A DNA stretch of 42,988 nt, from the IMG/VR virus record IMGVR_UViG_3300045988_130630. One strand, given 5' to 3'. A program made the translations under genes and the position numbers. The notes beneath the pieces were generated by a model. That model was not told the origin of the DNA. It saw only the letters and a program-made list of their open reading frames with translations, and ran no database searches. This DNA comes from a virus. Positions 1 to 8,593 of this stretch are shown piece after piece (position 1 is the first letter of the stretch; each line of letters begins with the position of its first letter).

Positions 1-248
1 ATAAGAACCTTATAACCGGCGCGCAGTTTCCGCGCATAGGAGATCTTACCTACATCACCAAGGTGAATTAATAGATCGCTTCGACCGCACTTAGAATTAA
101 TTATTTTAACAATTTCTTCGTCGGAAGGACGATTATGAATTCCCTGATGAAGATCTTCGTCTCCAAAATGAGTATCACTAATAACCCAACAAGTTTGTAG
201 ATTTTTCCATCTATCTAAAAAACTTTCATAGACACCAGGTAAATTCAT
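1..248 (-). CDS. Calcineurin-like metallophosphoesterase, partial (start codon at 248, continues past the left edge)
   Basis: The reverse-complement translates MNLPGVYESFLDRWKNLQTCWVISDTHFGDEDLHQGIHNRP..LLIHLGDVGK. The D-x-H and GD motifs are those of metallophosphatases. A GGAG ribosome-binding site sits 5' of the start. Confidence 0.6.
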   Translation of the reverse strand, partial: MNLPGVYESFLDRWKNLQTCWVISDTHFGDEDLHQGIHNRPSDEEIVKIINSKCGRSDLLIHLGDVGKISYARKLRAGYKVL

Positions 249-260
249 AATTATTACTCC

Positions 261-1190
261 TTAACAAATTCTAAAAGTTGTTGTATCCAATTTCAAATCA
301 TTAATTGATAATTTATCTAAATGAAAATATGGGATTCTAATTAACGGGATGTTATTTTCTTTACACCATTGATTTTTAAAAGCATCATGTTCTTTTGTTT
401 TTTCAAACTTTTCTAATGTATTCCAACCAGTTCCAGATTGATAATGCTATATTCCATCAAATTCAATTAAATAAGAATTATCAATATAAAAATCAAATTT
501 AGCTTTATGGTTAGTATCCTAAAATTTACAATTTTCAAAAGTTTTTTCACAAATATACTAAATATTATGTTCTTTTAATAAAGAGATAATTTTTTCCTAA
601 CCTGCTGATTGTAAACAACCACAAGATTTACTTTGTCCTTTTCTTAAAGTAGTTCCTGATACAATTTTTTGATTGCCACAAGAGCATTGGCATAACCACA
701 TAGCAGTATTATGCTAATTAGATCCACTACGTTTTAACACTGTCCATCGACCAAAAGTTTGTCCTGTTAAATCAATTGTTGTAAGTTCACCGATCTTTTT
801 ATGAATATAACAACCACATGAAATAACGGCGCCACTTACTAAACCATCTTTACGAATACTTTTAATAGTTCCACAATCACACTAACATTTCCAATAAGTA
901 TGCCCTTTTCCTTCTGTTCTATCATATCCTAAAACTGTTAGCATACCGAATTTTTTGCCTGTTAAATCTTTTAACAATTTTAAACGTTTCTAACATCCGC
1001 ATGAAGTGGTATGATTTGAAGTTAAATGAGACGCAGAAACTACTGTTTTATTACCACATTCACATTGGCATAACCAATATGGTCCGTTCCTTGGGTCTTC
1101 AACTCGATATAAAACTGTTAATTTTCCAAAATGCTAATTAGTCAAATCTTTTGCTCGGCCTACTGGAATCTATTTATAAATTTTTTCCAT
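261..1190 (-). CDS. TAG-recoded protein with three Cys-rich Zn-ribbon repeats and a C-terminal Vsr/DUF559-like (PD-(D/E)XK) endonuclease motif; putative homing endonuclease
   Basis: A 309-codon frame is open only if its 9 in-frame TAGs are read through; it has no TAA or TGA until 263. There is a strong ribosome-binding site (AAGGAG) before the ATG at 1190. The protein has three repeats of FG.LTVL...YW.C.C.CGN...SCGC. The C-terminus is KFDFYIDNSYLIEFDGI(TAG)HY, with the TAG at the conserved Gln of EYDGxQH. Confidence 0.6.
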
Positions 1191-1285
1191 AAAATCACTC
1201 CTTTTCTATTATATATATAAATAGAAAAAGATAGAATAATGAAATTTACCCGAAGTCGCCAACCCGATTATTTAACCGGGCCTCC

Positions 1286-1561
1286 TTAAAATGCGTAAGC
1301 ATTAAATTTATACATATAGAACTCGCCATCCATAAGAAGAAGTCTATCAATCTCTTCTCGATGATCGATCTTCCACCAATCAGGAGCAGAAAGAGGAAGA
1401 TCGTAATACTCGATTCGCTGAGTTTCCATAATATCTTCTTCGATTGCGCCTTCGAGGAAAGCAAGATATAACTCTTCCGCTTCTGCCTCAGAGATGTTGG
1501 CGAATGTCCAAGACTTACCAGTCATTTCATCTTCGATTTTATAACAAGTAATTTCTTTCAT
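1286..1561 (-). CDS. hypothetical protein (91 aa)
   Basis: Supplied ORF track, standard genetic code; acidic small protein. Confidence 0.45.
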   Translation of the reverse strand: MKEITCYKIEDEMTGKSWTFANISEAEAEELYLAFLEGAIEEDIMETQRIEYYDLPLSAPDWWKIDHREEIDRLLLMDGEFYMYKFNAYAF

Positions 1562-1572
1562 AGTTATTCTCC

Positions 1573-1893
1573 TTACATTTCAACCGCATCAACGAAATCA
1601 ATGAAAACATCATTTGCGACCTCGTTCATCATATCGAGATAAGAAGAAAATCTCCTTGTCCATTCGCCGGTCATCTCACCGTGGTAAAGATACCAATCAT
1701 AATCGGAATCTTTCTGAATCATTTCGAACTGACGCTCCATAAGACTATCATCGACCATATCTCGACAATATTCCATAAACATTTCCTGCATATCAGCCTC
1801 GGACGCATTCAGGAAATAGAAATTATGGTCTCCGGCCGTATCACAAAGAATACCAATGGAATGAGTTTTAATCTTAGAATTAGAAGTAGTCAT
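1573..1893 (-). CDS. hypothetical protein (106 aa)
   Basis: Supplied ORF track; standard code. Confidence 0.45.
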   Translation of the reverse strand: MTTSNSKIKTHSIGILCDTAGDHNFYFLNASEADMQEMFMEYCRDMVDDSLMERQFEMIQKDSDYDWYLYHGEMTGEWTRRFSSYLDMMNEVANDVFIDFVDAVEM

Positions 1894-1961
1894 AATTTTT
1901 ATTTCCTTTCTTTCTTTACTTTATATATATATTATATATTATTTTTTATAAAAAATCAAAA

Positions 1962-1990
1962 AAGGATTTGCGGTTTGCGCAAATCCTTTA
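1962..1990. terminator. Perfect 9-bp hairpin GGATTTGCG/CGCAAATCC flanked by A and T tracts
   Basis: Inverted repeat read directly from the sequence, lying between convergently arranged gene ends. Confidence 0.5.
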
Positions 1991-1994
1991 AAGA

Positions 1995-2210
1995 TCAGAG
2001 AACGGGAGCATAATTATAATAAATAATCATATCTTCCAATGCATTTTTGTAAAGTCCTGTATCGAATTTATGACAATGGAATCGTTTCTCAACATTCTCT
2101 TCGATCGCGGACATAGCGATTTCAAGAGCGTTAGATCCACTTACATTTGTAGCGCAATAAATTTCATCACAAGGTGCGTCATAAACGAATAAGACAGGCA
2201 TATGTTTCAT
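1995..2210 (-). CDS. hypothetical protein (71 aa)
   Basis: Supplied ORF track; GGAGG ribosome-binding site upstream (plus-strand positions 2213-2222). Confidence 0.45.
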   Translation of the reverse strand: MKHMPVLFVYDAPCDEIYCATNVSGSNALEIAMSAIEENVEKRFHCHKFDTGLYKNALEDMIIYYNYAPVL

Positions 2211-2268
2211 ATATTATTCCTCCATTAATTGATTTTACCCAAAATTTTTGTTATAATATATTTAGAAA

Positions 2269-2514
2269 TTAAAAGATTTCAATCGCGTCTTCAAAAAGAT
2301 TGAGAAATTCATCAGCTACTTCGGAAGTCGCGAGAAGGCCGGTAGAAGAACCGCCATACCAATCAATATAGATGCGCGTGAGTGGACTACCGCCAGCTTC
2401 CGCAATCTCATCTGCATATTGCTTAGAATCAACCACGGTAAAGCTAACACTATTAATATTGTTAGTATTGATAAGATACTTAAAACCGCGGAAGTTGTGT
2501 AAAATTACAATCAT
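2269..2514 (-). CDS. hypothetical protein (81 aa)
   Basis: Supplied ORF track. Confidence 0.4.
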   Translation of the reverse strand: MIVILHNFRGFKYLINTNNINSVSFTVVDSKQYADEIAEAGGSPLTRIYIDWYGGSSTGLLATSEVADEFLNLFEDAIEIF

Positions 2515-2798
2515 CTAAATGCCTCCTCAGAAACAAAATTTTTGAGTTGTCTTATAACTCTCATGCCGTCAGGATCATTGTCGCTGAAAGTGTATTCGAA
2601 GTGAGATTTATCATTCATATAAAATTCAAGTTTTGTTCCTTGGGACTCGATAGAGATATTATTATCATCATCATTATCATTCATAGTGATACGATTAGCG
2701 AGAACCGCAATGATATCATTTGCATTAAGAAAAACGCGGTCGCCATTAGACATTTTTAAATAAATCAATTCACCTTTATTCATTTTACTTCTCCACAA
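2511..2798 (-). CDS. hypothetical protein (95 aa)
   Basis: Supplied ORF track; a 4-nt overlap with the downstream gene indicates translational coupling. Confidence 0.45.
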   Translation of the reverse strand: MWRSKMNKGELIYLKMSNGDRVFLNANDIIAVLANRITMNDNDDDNNISIESQGTKLEFYMNDKSHFEYTFSDNDPDGMRVIRQLKNFVSEEAFR

Positions 2799-3384
2799 TA
2801 TAGTCTTTCGCTACGTCTGTTCCTTCTGGAATATAAAGATAAACTCGTGCTGATTTAGAGCAGATAAAGAACCACTCTCTCCAATCACCATAACGCGGGA
2901 TACGCTTTTCAACGTGCGGAACCTGATTAGAGTAAACAACCACCGTGTCATTTGCCGGATAATTCTTAGTGCTTGTAATGCCATCAGCGCTAAGAGTAAG
3001 ATAAGTATAATAAATACTTTCACCTTCGAAGGCTCGGTAAGTATAGATACAGCCATCATCATCCATACTTGTTAGCTCTTGGGCTTCCGTAATTGTATAA
3101 TCATATTCGGAATAATCCTCTTTAACAGAAGACATCATAACTCCGCCGAACATACTTACGGCAAGATAAAGACAAACGCCGATCCAAAAGGCAGGAATAA
3201 TTTGACGGGGAATGTCAACGCGGTCGCGGTGAGACCAGTTGCGGAAGTGCTTGGCCTTAGGATCGGAAAGAGTGCTGTAATAGCCATAGCTACAATAGGC
3301 AGAATGAATGGCGAAAATCAGAAAAATAATTAAGGTCGGTAGAACAAATCCGCCCACCAGCGTTTTCAAGAAGAAGACAAACAT
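2785..3384 (-). CDS. membrane protein (199 aa; N-terminal and central transmembrane segments)
   Basis: Hydrophobic stretches in the supplied ORF translation. Confidence 0.5.
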   Translation of the reverse strand: MFVFFLKTLVGGFVLPTLIIFLIFAIHSAYCSYGYYSTLSDPKAKHFRNWSHRDRVDIPRQIIPAFWIGVCLYLAVSMFGGVMMSSVKEDYSEYDYTITEAQELTSMDDDGCIYTYRAFEGESIYYTYLTLSADGITSTKNYPANDTVVVYSNQVPHVEKRIPRYGDWREWFFICSKSARVYLYIPEGTDVAKDYIVEK

Positions 3385-3398
3385 ATTTAAAAACTCCT

Positions 3399-3848
3399 TT
3401 AAAGAATAGGTTTGAGGTTATCGCAGTAATTGAAATCTCTCATACAGCCATTTTCCTCAGTGAAACAAGAACAACCATTTTGGCAAGTTTTACGAACAAT
3501 GTCGGGATTACGGACATTCATAACGGCTTGCATATTTCCAACGATTTCTCGCTTTTGGACCATTTTCGGTGTGTCGGGAGAAGCATCAAACGCGCAGTTC
3601 ACATTTTGTTCACAATTTTGGCACGTGCCAAGTTTTGCCCAACATTTATCGCAATAAGTGTTGCCTTGATCGTCGATGATCATTTGCTTATGGAAAATTG
3701 GAGTATGACATGCTTTACAAGTGTAATATTCACCGCAAAGAAAATTATCGCAGATCGCATGATTTGGATCAATTGTGTTGCCTGTGATTTGACATAATCC
3801 GGTCGTTGGCCGGTAATAACCGCAGTTATTACAATAAAAAGTCATCAT
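3399..3848 (-). CDS. cysteine-rich protein with multiple CxxC pairs (149 aa), putative multi-Zn-ribbon protein
   Basis: About 24 Cys residues arranged in CxxC pairs in the ORF translation. Confidence 0.5.
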   Translation of the reverse strand: MMTFYCNNCGYYRPTTGLCQITGNTIDPNHAICDNFLCGEYYTCKACHTPIFHKQMIIDDQGNTYCDKCWAKLGTCQNCEQNVNCAFDASPDTPKMVQKREIVGNMQAVMNVRNPDIVRKTCQNGCSCFTEENGCMRDFNYCDNLKPIL

Positions 3849-4099
3849 AGCATTTTAGCAGAATATGGAGCATCTTCGTCGTCAAATTTTAGAATCTTAT
3901 CGGCGAGTTCGCGATTAACGCGCAAAGGACCATCGTTAAGAGGAGTAAATGCGACAGTGATAAGACCATCGAAGTATTCCTCGGCCCACTGACCGGCTCG
4001 CGCGAGATTTTCTGCGAAGATAAAACCGCACGAAAGTCTATCTATTTTATCGTCTTCATCCCAATAGCGCGCTTCATAATAAACGGGATACTGATCCAT
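3845..4099 (-). CDS. hypothetical protein (84 aa)
   Basis: Supplied ORF track; ATGA overlap with the upstream gene. Confidence 0.45.
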   Translation of the reverse strand: MDQYPVYYEARYWDEDDKIDRLSCGFIFAENLARAGQWAEEYFDGLITVAFTPLNDGPLRVNRELADKILKFDDEDAPYSAKML

Positions 4100-4115
4100 A
4101 TTTATTCTCCTTTCT

Positions 4116-4454
4116 TTAAGAAATTGTAGAGATTAAAAAGATCTCAGGGTCATCGAGCGTCTCGATGGGGATTTTGAGAAACTTTGCGTAAGCTTCCTTC
4201 ATTGTGTCATTAAGGCGATAATACTCTTGTGGAGCGATGAAGATATTGTCAATGCGGACGGCCTCTCCCGAGTCAGAAGCACCGAGAAGATAACCAAAGA
4301 TAGGGTTCTCATCGTCATCATAGTAGCTCGCGCGATGCCAATATCCTGCTTCGGTAAGCTGTTCGATAGCTTCAGCCATATTATCATAGTTCTCAAGAAG
4401 GTTCTTGGGGACTTTATAACCGCACACGAGTTTAGAACCAAAATCAACAGACAT
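4116..4454 (-). CDS. hypothetical protein (112 aa)
   Basis: Supplied ORF track. Confidence 0.45.
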   Translation of the reverse strand: MSVDFGSKLVCGYKVPKNLLENYDNMAEAIEQLTEAGYWHRASYYDDDENPIFGYLLGASDSGEAVRIDNIFIAPQEYYRLNDTMKEAYAKFLKIPIETLDDPEIFLISTIS

Positions 4455-4455
4455 A

Positions 4456-4653
4456 TTACTTGTCCTCCTTAAGAATAGAATTGATAAAAGTGCTATATTC
4501 AGTGGGTCTTACACAATACGCGGTTTTTGTTCCATTATCCCAAAAAACATATATAAGCTTGTTAGATTCAGAATTTTTTACGGCAATTGAATAAATATGA
4601 GTCGTATTAATGATATGAGTTTGACCTAAATAATCAATAAGCTTAGCAAGCAT
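4456..4653 (-). CDS. hypothetical protein (65 aa)
   Basis: Supplied ORF track; AAAGGTG ribosome-binding site upstream. Confidence 0.4.
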   Translation of the reverse strand: MLAKLIDYLGQTHIINTTHIYSIAVKNSESNKLIYVFWDNGTKTAYCVRPTEYSTFINSILKEDK

Positions 4654-4788
4654 TTTTTATCACCTTTAATAGTTTTTCTTTATTTTATATTTATATTATA
4701 TATTAAAATTTAATAAAAATCAATAAAGCGGTTTTGTCGCCTTAGGGTGGCGTAGAGACTGGATTCAATGATCGGCTTATCAAAAATG

Positions 4789-4895
4789 GTCATTTTAAAT
4801 GAAAATGGTCAAAATTTTCTGATAAATGGTCAAAAATTTCTATACTTTTGTCCGTTTTTTTCTATATTTCTGGTCAAAAATTTCTGATGAAGAGA
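4789..4895. repeat. Four direct repeats of about 15 bp, TGGTCAAAA(A)TTT(T)CT (iteron family 1)
   Basis: Read directly from the sequence. Confidence 0.6.
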
Positions 4896-4952
4896 TCGGA
4901 CAGCAAGTATAGAGGCGGATTAGGGCAAAGGAAACCGCATAGGTAAAAATTT

Positions 4953-5172
4953 TAGGTAATTTTTCATAGTTGCTTATAAAAATGTTAAATAAAATAGGTA
5001 ATTTTTCATAGTTGCTTATTTTTATATAGATGTCTAAATTTTAAACAAAATAGGTAAAAATTTTAGGTAATTTTTCATAGTTCCCTATTTTTATTTAGAA
5101 TTTGTAGGTAATTTTTAATAGTTAGCGATCGGTTTAGTTAGAATTTTTAAGAAATTTTTCATAGTTGCCTTT
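4953..5172. repeat. Five direct copies of the 23-bp iteron TAGGTAATTTTTCATAGTTGCTT (iteron family 2); three further copies lie at 5873-5961
   Basis: Copies begin at 4953, 4995, 5065, 5105 and 5150, with partial copies at 4940 and 5051. Downstream copies begin at 5873 and 5906, with a partial copy at 5939. Confidence 0.7.
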
Positions 5173-5246
5173 AAAAATATACTTTGGGTAAAAATTGTTA
5201 AAATTACTATTTTAGATTTGAAGTATATATGAAGGAGGTGGAAGCA

Positions 5247-5879
5247 TTGTCAGTAGAGTAGAAAAGATTTCCTGCTAATGTAGATATGAATATATTAACT
5301 TTTTTAAATAATAAGAAAATAAATGGTGAATTATATGCTTATTTATAGAGTTTATCTGAATATAATGTTATTAGTAAATAGCATAATATTTATAAAACTT
5401 ATGTATTGAAAAAATGGTTGCCAATTCAAAGTAAGATGTGTCAAATGCTTGGTATTAAAAGCCCTAAAACATTAAAAACGCATTTGAATTATTTAATTGA
5501 ACAAGGGTATATTATAGAAGAAGAAGATAGATATATATTACCTGAAATGGAAAATATATATTTTCTTATTCCACTACATACATTAAGATATATAAATGAT
5601 AACTGTAAAGAACATATTATAAAGATATATATTTATTTAGGATAGCGTTATAAATATGCATTAAATAATGGAAGTTAGTATGAATTTACATTAGAGGAAA
5701 TTGGAGAACATAGTGGTATAAAAGTAAAGAATAACAGCAGGGGCTATGAGATTATTAATAATGCTTTAACATTTTTATAGAATTCAGAATTAATTGATTA
5801 TGTTAGTTTTTTTGATGGGCAGATGCAGAAAAAGAAATTAACAAAATTTAGTTTTGAATATAAAAATTAGAATAGGTAA
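5247..5879 (+). CDS. TAG-recoded winged-helix DNA-binding protein, putative replication initiator or origin-binding protein (about 210 aa)
   Basis: TTG start 5 nt after GAAGGAGGTGGA. The frame is open to a TAA at 5877 only if 7 TAGs are read through. The translation contains ..KSPKTLKTHLNYLIEQGYIIEEEDRYILPE.. (a winged helix-turn-helix). The gene is flanked on both sides by the 23-bp iterons. Confidence 0.5.
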
Positions 5880-5992
5880 TTTTTAATAGTTGCCGATGAG
5901 CATTTTAGGTAATTTTTCATAGATGCTTCGACTTAAATTAGGTAAAAAATCATAGATTATCTAAGTAATAAGTAGAGGGTGTTTTCTAAGTA

Positions 5993-6044
5993 GTTTGTAT
6001 GATACAAACGATCGGCATCCGCCTCACTTTGTATCATACAAACG
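5993..6044. terminator. Perfect 17-bp inverted repeat (GTTTGTATGATACAAAC ... GTTTGTATCATACAAAC) with an 18-nt loop, followed by TTTGATTTTT; terminator or operator
   Basis: Read directly; each arm is itself nearly palindromic. Confidence 0.5.
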
Positions 6045-6080
6045 TTTGATTTTTAGATGAAAAGAAAGGTGATAAATAAA

Positions 6081-6365
6081 ATGGTTAATGAAGAAAGAAG
6101 AATAAATTCTTTAGATTATGCTATGTATGAATTTTTAGATCAAATAGGTAAAACAGATTTAGCAAAAGATTTATTAGAAGGGGTTATTTAGTATTATTAT
6201 GAGAGTAATTATTATGGAGATAATGAATTTGTAAAAGAATATTTAAAATGGTTTAGTTAGGGATATTTAGATAGAATAATTAAAGAAAATTATATGGAAT
6301 TAATGATAGATGAAAGTTAGAAAGATATTCGTGAAAAATATAAAGAAGAATTAGATTTAAATTAA
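6081..6365 (+). CDS. TAG-recoded hypothetical protein (94 aa, 3 TAGs)
   Basis: AAAGGTG ribosome-binding site; frame open from the ATG at 6081 to a TAA at 6363 with TAG read through. Confidence 0.5.
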
Positions 6366-6415
6366 AAATATTATTATTGGTAAATTATATCTTAGAGTAA
6401 AAGGAGTAAAAGGTA

Positions 6416-6730
6416 ATGATATATGAAAATATAAGAGGAGGAAAGGGAAATCCTTCAATAGTAAAATTTATGAGAGGAACGCAAGAATAGTTTGATAAGA
6501 TGGATAAAACAAATATGGTAAAACCTGATTTATATTTAAAAGATGACACTATTTATTTTGTTATTCCAGATAATACAAAACCAATTAAGGTAAAGTATGA
6601 TGATAGAAAAGTAGAATGGAATGAATCAGGAGTAGGAAGTTTAGTTAAAAATAATGATAGACCTGAATCAATAGAAGAAAATCCATTTTTACAAGAGTCA
6701 ATTAACTCGGATACTACGTATCCTCGTTGA
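6416..6730 (+). CDS. TAG-recoded hypothetical protein (104 aa, 1 TAG); C-terminus ..SDTTYPR
   Basis: AAAGGAG ribosome-binding site; the ATG at 6416 is in frame with track ORF 6500-6730 through one TAG. Confidence 0.5.
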
Positions 6731-6919
6731 TAAGGGTATTATTGACTTCGGGCATAAATGCCCTCGTTGATAAGGGCTCTACTTGATTTATAATAAATAA
6801 TATATTATAATATATATAATAAAAGAAAAAATGAAATGAAAAATAATACCCCGTAGGCAGGGAGGATCGTAGATCCGAGTCGCCTGCCCGCGTGGCGAAC
6901 GCAAAATGAAAGTAAGGAT

Positions 6920-7309
6920 TTGAAGATTGAAATGAAATTTACAACTGAAGAATTAAAGAAGAATAATGGAGAAAAGGTAGGCGTCTTCCGCAATTGGAAT
7001 GTAATCGCAACTACTAAGAAAGAGTTCTTTAATAGAGAGAATACGCAAGGCGCATACCTTATCTGGGACGACTGCAATAAGTTGGTTTTTAATGGTAAGG
7101 TTGTTGGTCGAATTACCGAGCAAGGTAAGGTGAATTATATCGAGAATGAATATAGATATGTGAAGCCGGTTCTGGAAACTTCGGGCACAAGTGCCCTCGT
7201 TGATAGGGTTGCTCCTGGATCAGAAGATGTGGATCTTAGTAAGCGCACGCTTGCTGATGACATTCTTGATAGTGCGTTTAAAATAAAGTTGGAGGAGCTT
7301 TTAGTGTAA
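6920..7309 (+). CDS. hypothetical protein (129 aa, standard code) carried inside the insertion
   Basis: Supplied ORF track; weak ribosome-binding site; contains an internal repeat copy. Confidence 0.35.
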   Translation: MKIEMKFTTEELKKNNGEKVGVFRNWNVIATTKKEFFNRENTQGAYLIWDDCNKLVFNGKVVGRITEQGKVNYIENEYRYVKPVLETSGTSALVDRVAPGSEDVDLSKRTLADDILDSAFKIKLEELLV

Positions 7310-7319
7310 GGAGGATATT

Positions 7320-7415
7320 ATGAGTGGTATTATTTGGTTTTTAATTGGTGTTGCTGTTGGATATTGCTTATGGAACGCTGGAAGAGATGACTCGGATACT
7401 ACGTATCCTCGTTGA
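7320..7415 (+). CDS. small membrane peptide (31 aa) MSGIIWFLIGVAVGYCLWNAGRDDSDTTYPR
   Basis: Strong TAAGGAGG ribosome-binding site 6 nt upstream; the C-terminal 7 residues are encoded by the duplicated repeat. Confidence 0.4.
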   Translation: MSGIIWFLIGVAVGYCLWNAGRDDSDTTYPR

Positions 7416-7596
7416 GATGGTGAGTTTATATTGGCTTATCCGCTTCTGGATAGTAATTAAATTGATGGGTAAAGAATTGGAAGACGTGGAATAAAATTAT
7501 AAAGATTGGTGGAAACGTTGAAAATTGCGTTTGTGTGGTGCCGATCGGTTTAACTAACTACCAATCACATTTTCCCCGTCTCCGTTCTCCGAACCT

Positions 7597-7634
7597 AAAA
7601 AAAAGAGAGACTTTTTTTAGTCTCTCTTTTTTCA
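7597..7634. terminator. Bidirectional rho-independent terminator (AGAGAGAC/GTCTCTCT hairpin flanked by A8 and T7 runs)
   Basis: Read directly. Confidence 0.6.
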
Positions 7635-7699
7635 TATTAGGCAATTCTTGGTGAAATTGTCAATTCTTAGGATGAAATATACCCCACCTGAATAAGTTT

Positions 7700-8077
7700 T
7701 CACTTGTTAATGAAAGTATTCAAAAAATCGGCAATTACATCATCGTCAGTTCTCTTAACCTTCTTAACCTTTACCTTCTCACTCTTGGGAAAAAGCACAT
7801 CAAGAAGATCGTTAACCCCGGTCATAAGACCATAAACCTCAGCAAAGATATTCTCCACATCGGACGCGGTCAACTCAGAATCCTTGTGGCCATTAAGAGC
7901 GGCATACTCGTTAATCCGATCGGCGATTTCCTGCGCGAGCGCGGTCTTCCGATCGGCCTGCTTGGACTCCTTCTCCACCTGCGCGACCGCAGCGTTCAGA
8001 GACTTAGCCATTTCGTCCGCAATAGCCTGAGCGTCCTCACCATTCTTCAGACGAGCAATAATATCATTCATATCCAT
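7700..8077 (-). CDS. hypothetical protein (125 aa)
   Basis: Supplied ORF track. Its promoter is at 8109-8137. Confidence 0.55.
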   Translation of the reverse strand: MDMNDIIARLKNGEDAQAIADEMAKSLNAAVAQVEKESKQADRKTALAQEIADRINEYAALNGHKDSELTASDVENIFAEVYGLMTGVNDLLDVLFPKSEKVKVKKVKRTDDDVIADFLNTFINK

Positions 8078-8108
8078 ATGAATACCTCTTTTCTTATTTT
8101 CTATATAT

Positions 8109-8137
8109 ATTATATACTATTTTTTTAAAATTGTCAA
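8109..8137 (-). promoter_or_regulatory. sigma70-type promoter (TTGACA, 17-bp spacer, TATAAT) for gene 7700-8077
   Basis: Reverse-complement of 8109-8137 reads TTGACAattttaaaaaaatagtaTATAAT. Confidence 0.55.
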
Positions 8138-8239
8138 GATTTTTTTAAATGAAAACATACGCGTGAAACAATGTAAGGGCGAAGCAATTTTTAATTAATC
8201 ATAAAGGCATATGATCCTACGCGGGCTTAAAAAAGTCTT

Positions 8240-8590
8240 TTTTTATCATTATAACATATTTTTTATAAAAAGTCAATTTTCGGGATTTTTTTGGGCCATA
8301 TGGAGAGGTGCTAGAAGTACGAAAAATTTTGCATATGGGTATACCGATCGGGAAATCGGCCCGCGACGTTCCACCGCGGGCCGGCCAAATAGACTGAGCA
8401 TTCCGGGATTTTAGTCTGAGTCTATTTTAAACACTTTTTTCGCACAAAATTTGCTAAACCTATAATTATTCCGAAATTCCGCCCGGAGCGTCAGTGATCG
8501 GGCGGTCCATTATACCACATTTTCCGATCGGTGTCAATAGGTAAAATGCACAAAAAAAATCAGCAGGTTTTAGTCAACCTGCTGATTGAA
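8240..8590. ncRNA. Non-coding structured region with two GC palindromes (8358-8382, 8479-8505), an imperfect hairpin (8391-8430), a minus-strand promoter (8509-8538) and a terminator (8559-8586); one copy of the convergent-promoter module family
   Basis: No ORF with a ribosome-binding site is present. The palindromes GGCCCGCG..CGCGGGCC and CCGCCCG..CGGGCGG were read directly. Confidence 0.35.
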
Positions 8591-8593
8591 TAT

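Larger units (their letters stand above)
6705..7415. mobile_element. About 660-bp GC-richer insertion-like element bounded by 26-32-bp direct repeats (ACTCGGATACTACGTATCCTCGTTGA at 6705 and 7390), with internal direct repeats CTTCGGGCA(T/C)AA(A/G)TGCCCTCGTTGATA(A)GGG at 6746 and 7179
   Basis: Repeats read directly. The interior holds a standard-code ORF (6920-7309) and a nested hairpin at 6852-6890. The repeat duplicates the last 9 codons of gene 6416-6730 onto the small ORF 7320-7415. Confidence 0.45.

Noticed and set aside
6705-7415. Group I intron with an internal homing-endonuclease ORF as an explanation for the 660-bp insertion.
   Set aside because: The element is flanked by 26-bp direct repeats that duplicate the upstream gene's C-terminus. 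No P/Q/R/S-like core elements were recognised. The interior ORF is standard-code and GC-richer, unlike the recoded nucleases. Recombinational cassette insertion fits better.
4680-8530. tRNA genes, including a TAG-suppressor tRNA, in the non-coding stretches at 4680-5240, 6780-6920, 7420-7700, 8100-8530 and 25800-26330.
   Set aside because: No cloverleaf with a 7-bp acceptor stem and a GTTC-type T-loop could be built by eye. The GGATC..GATCC hairpin at 6862-6880 lacks acceptor pairing. A suppressor tRNA is expected elsewhere in the genome.
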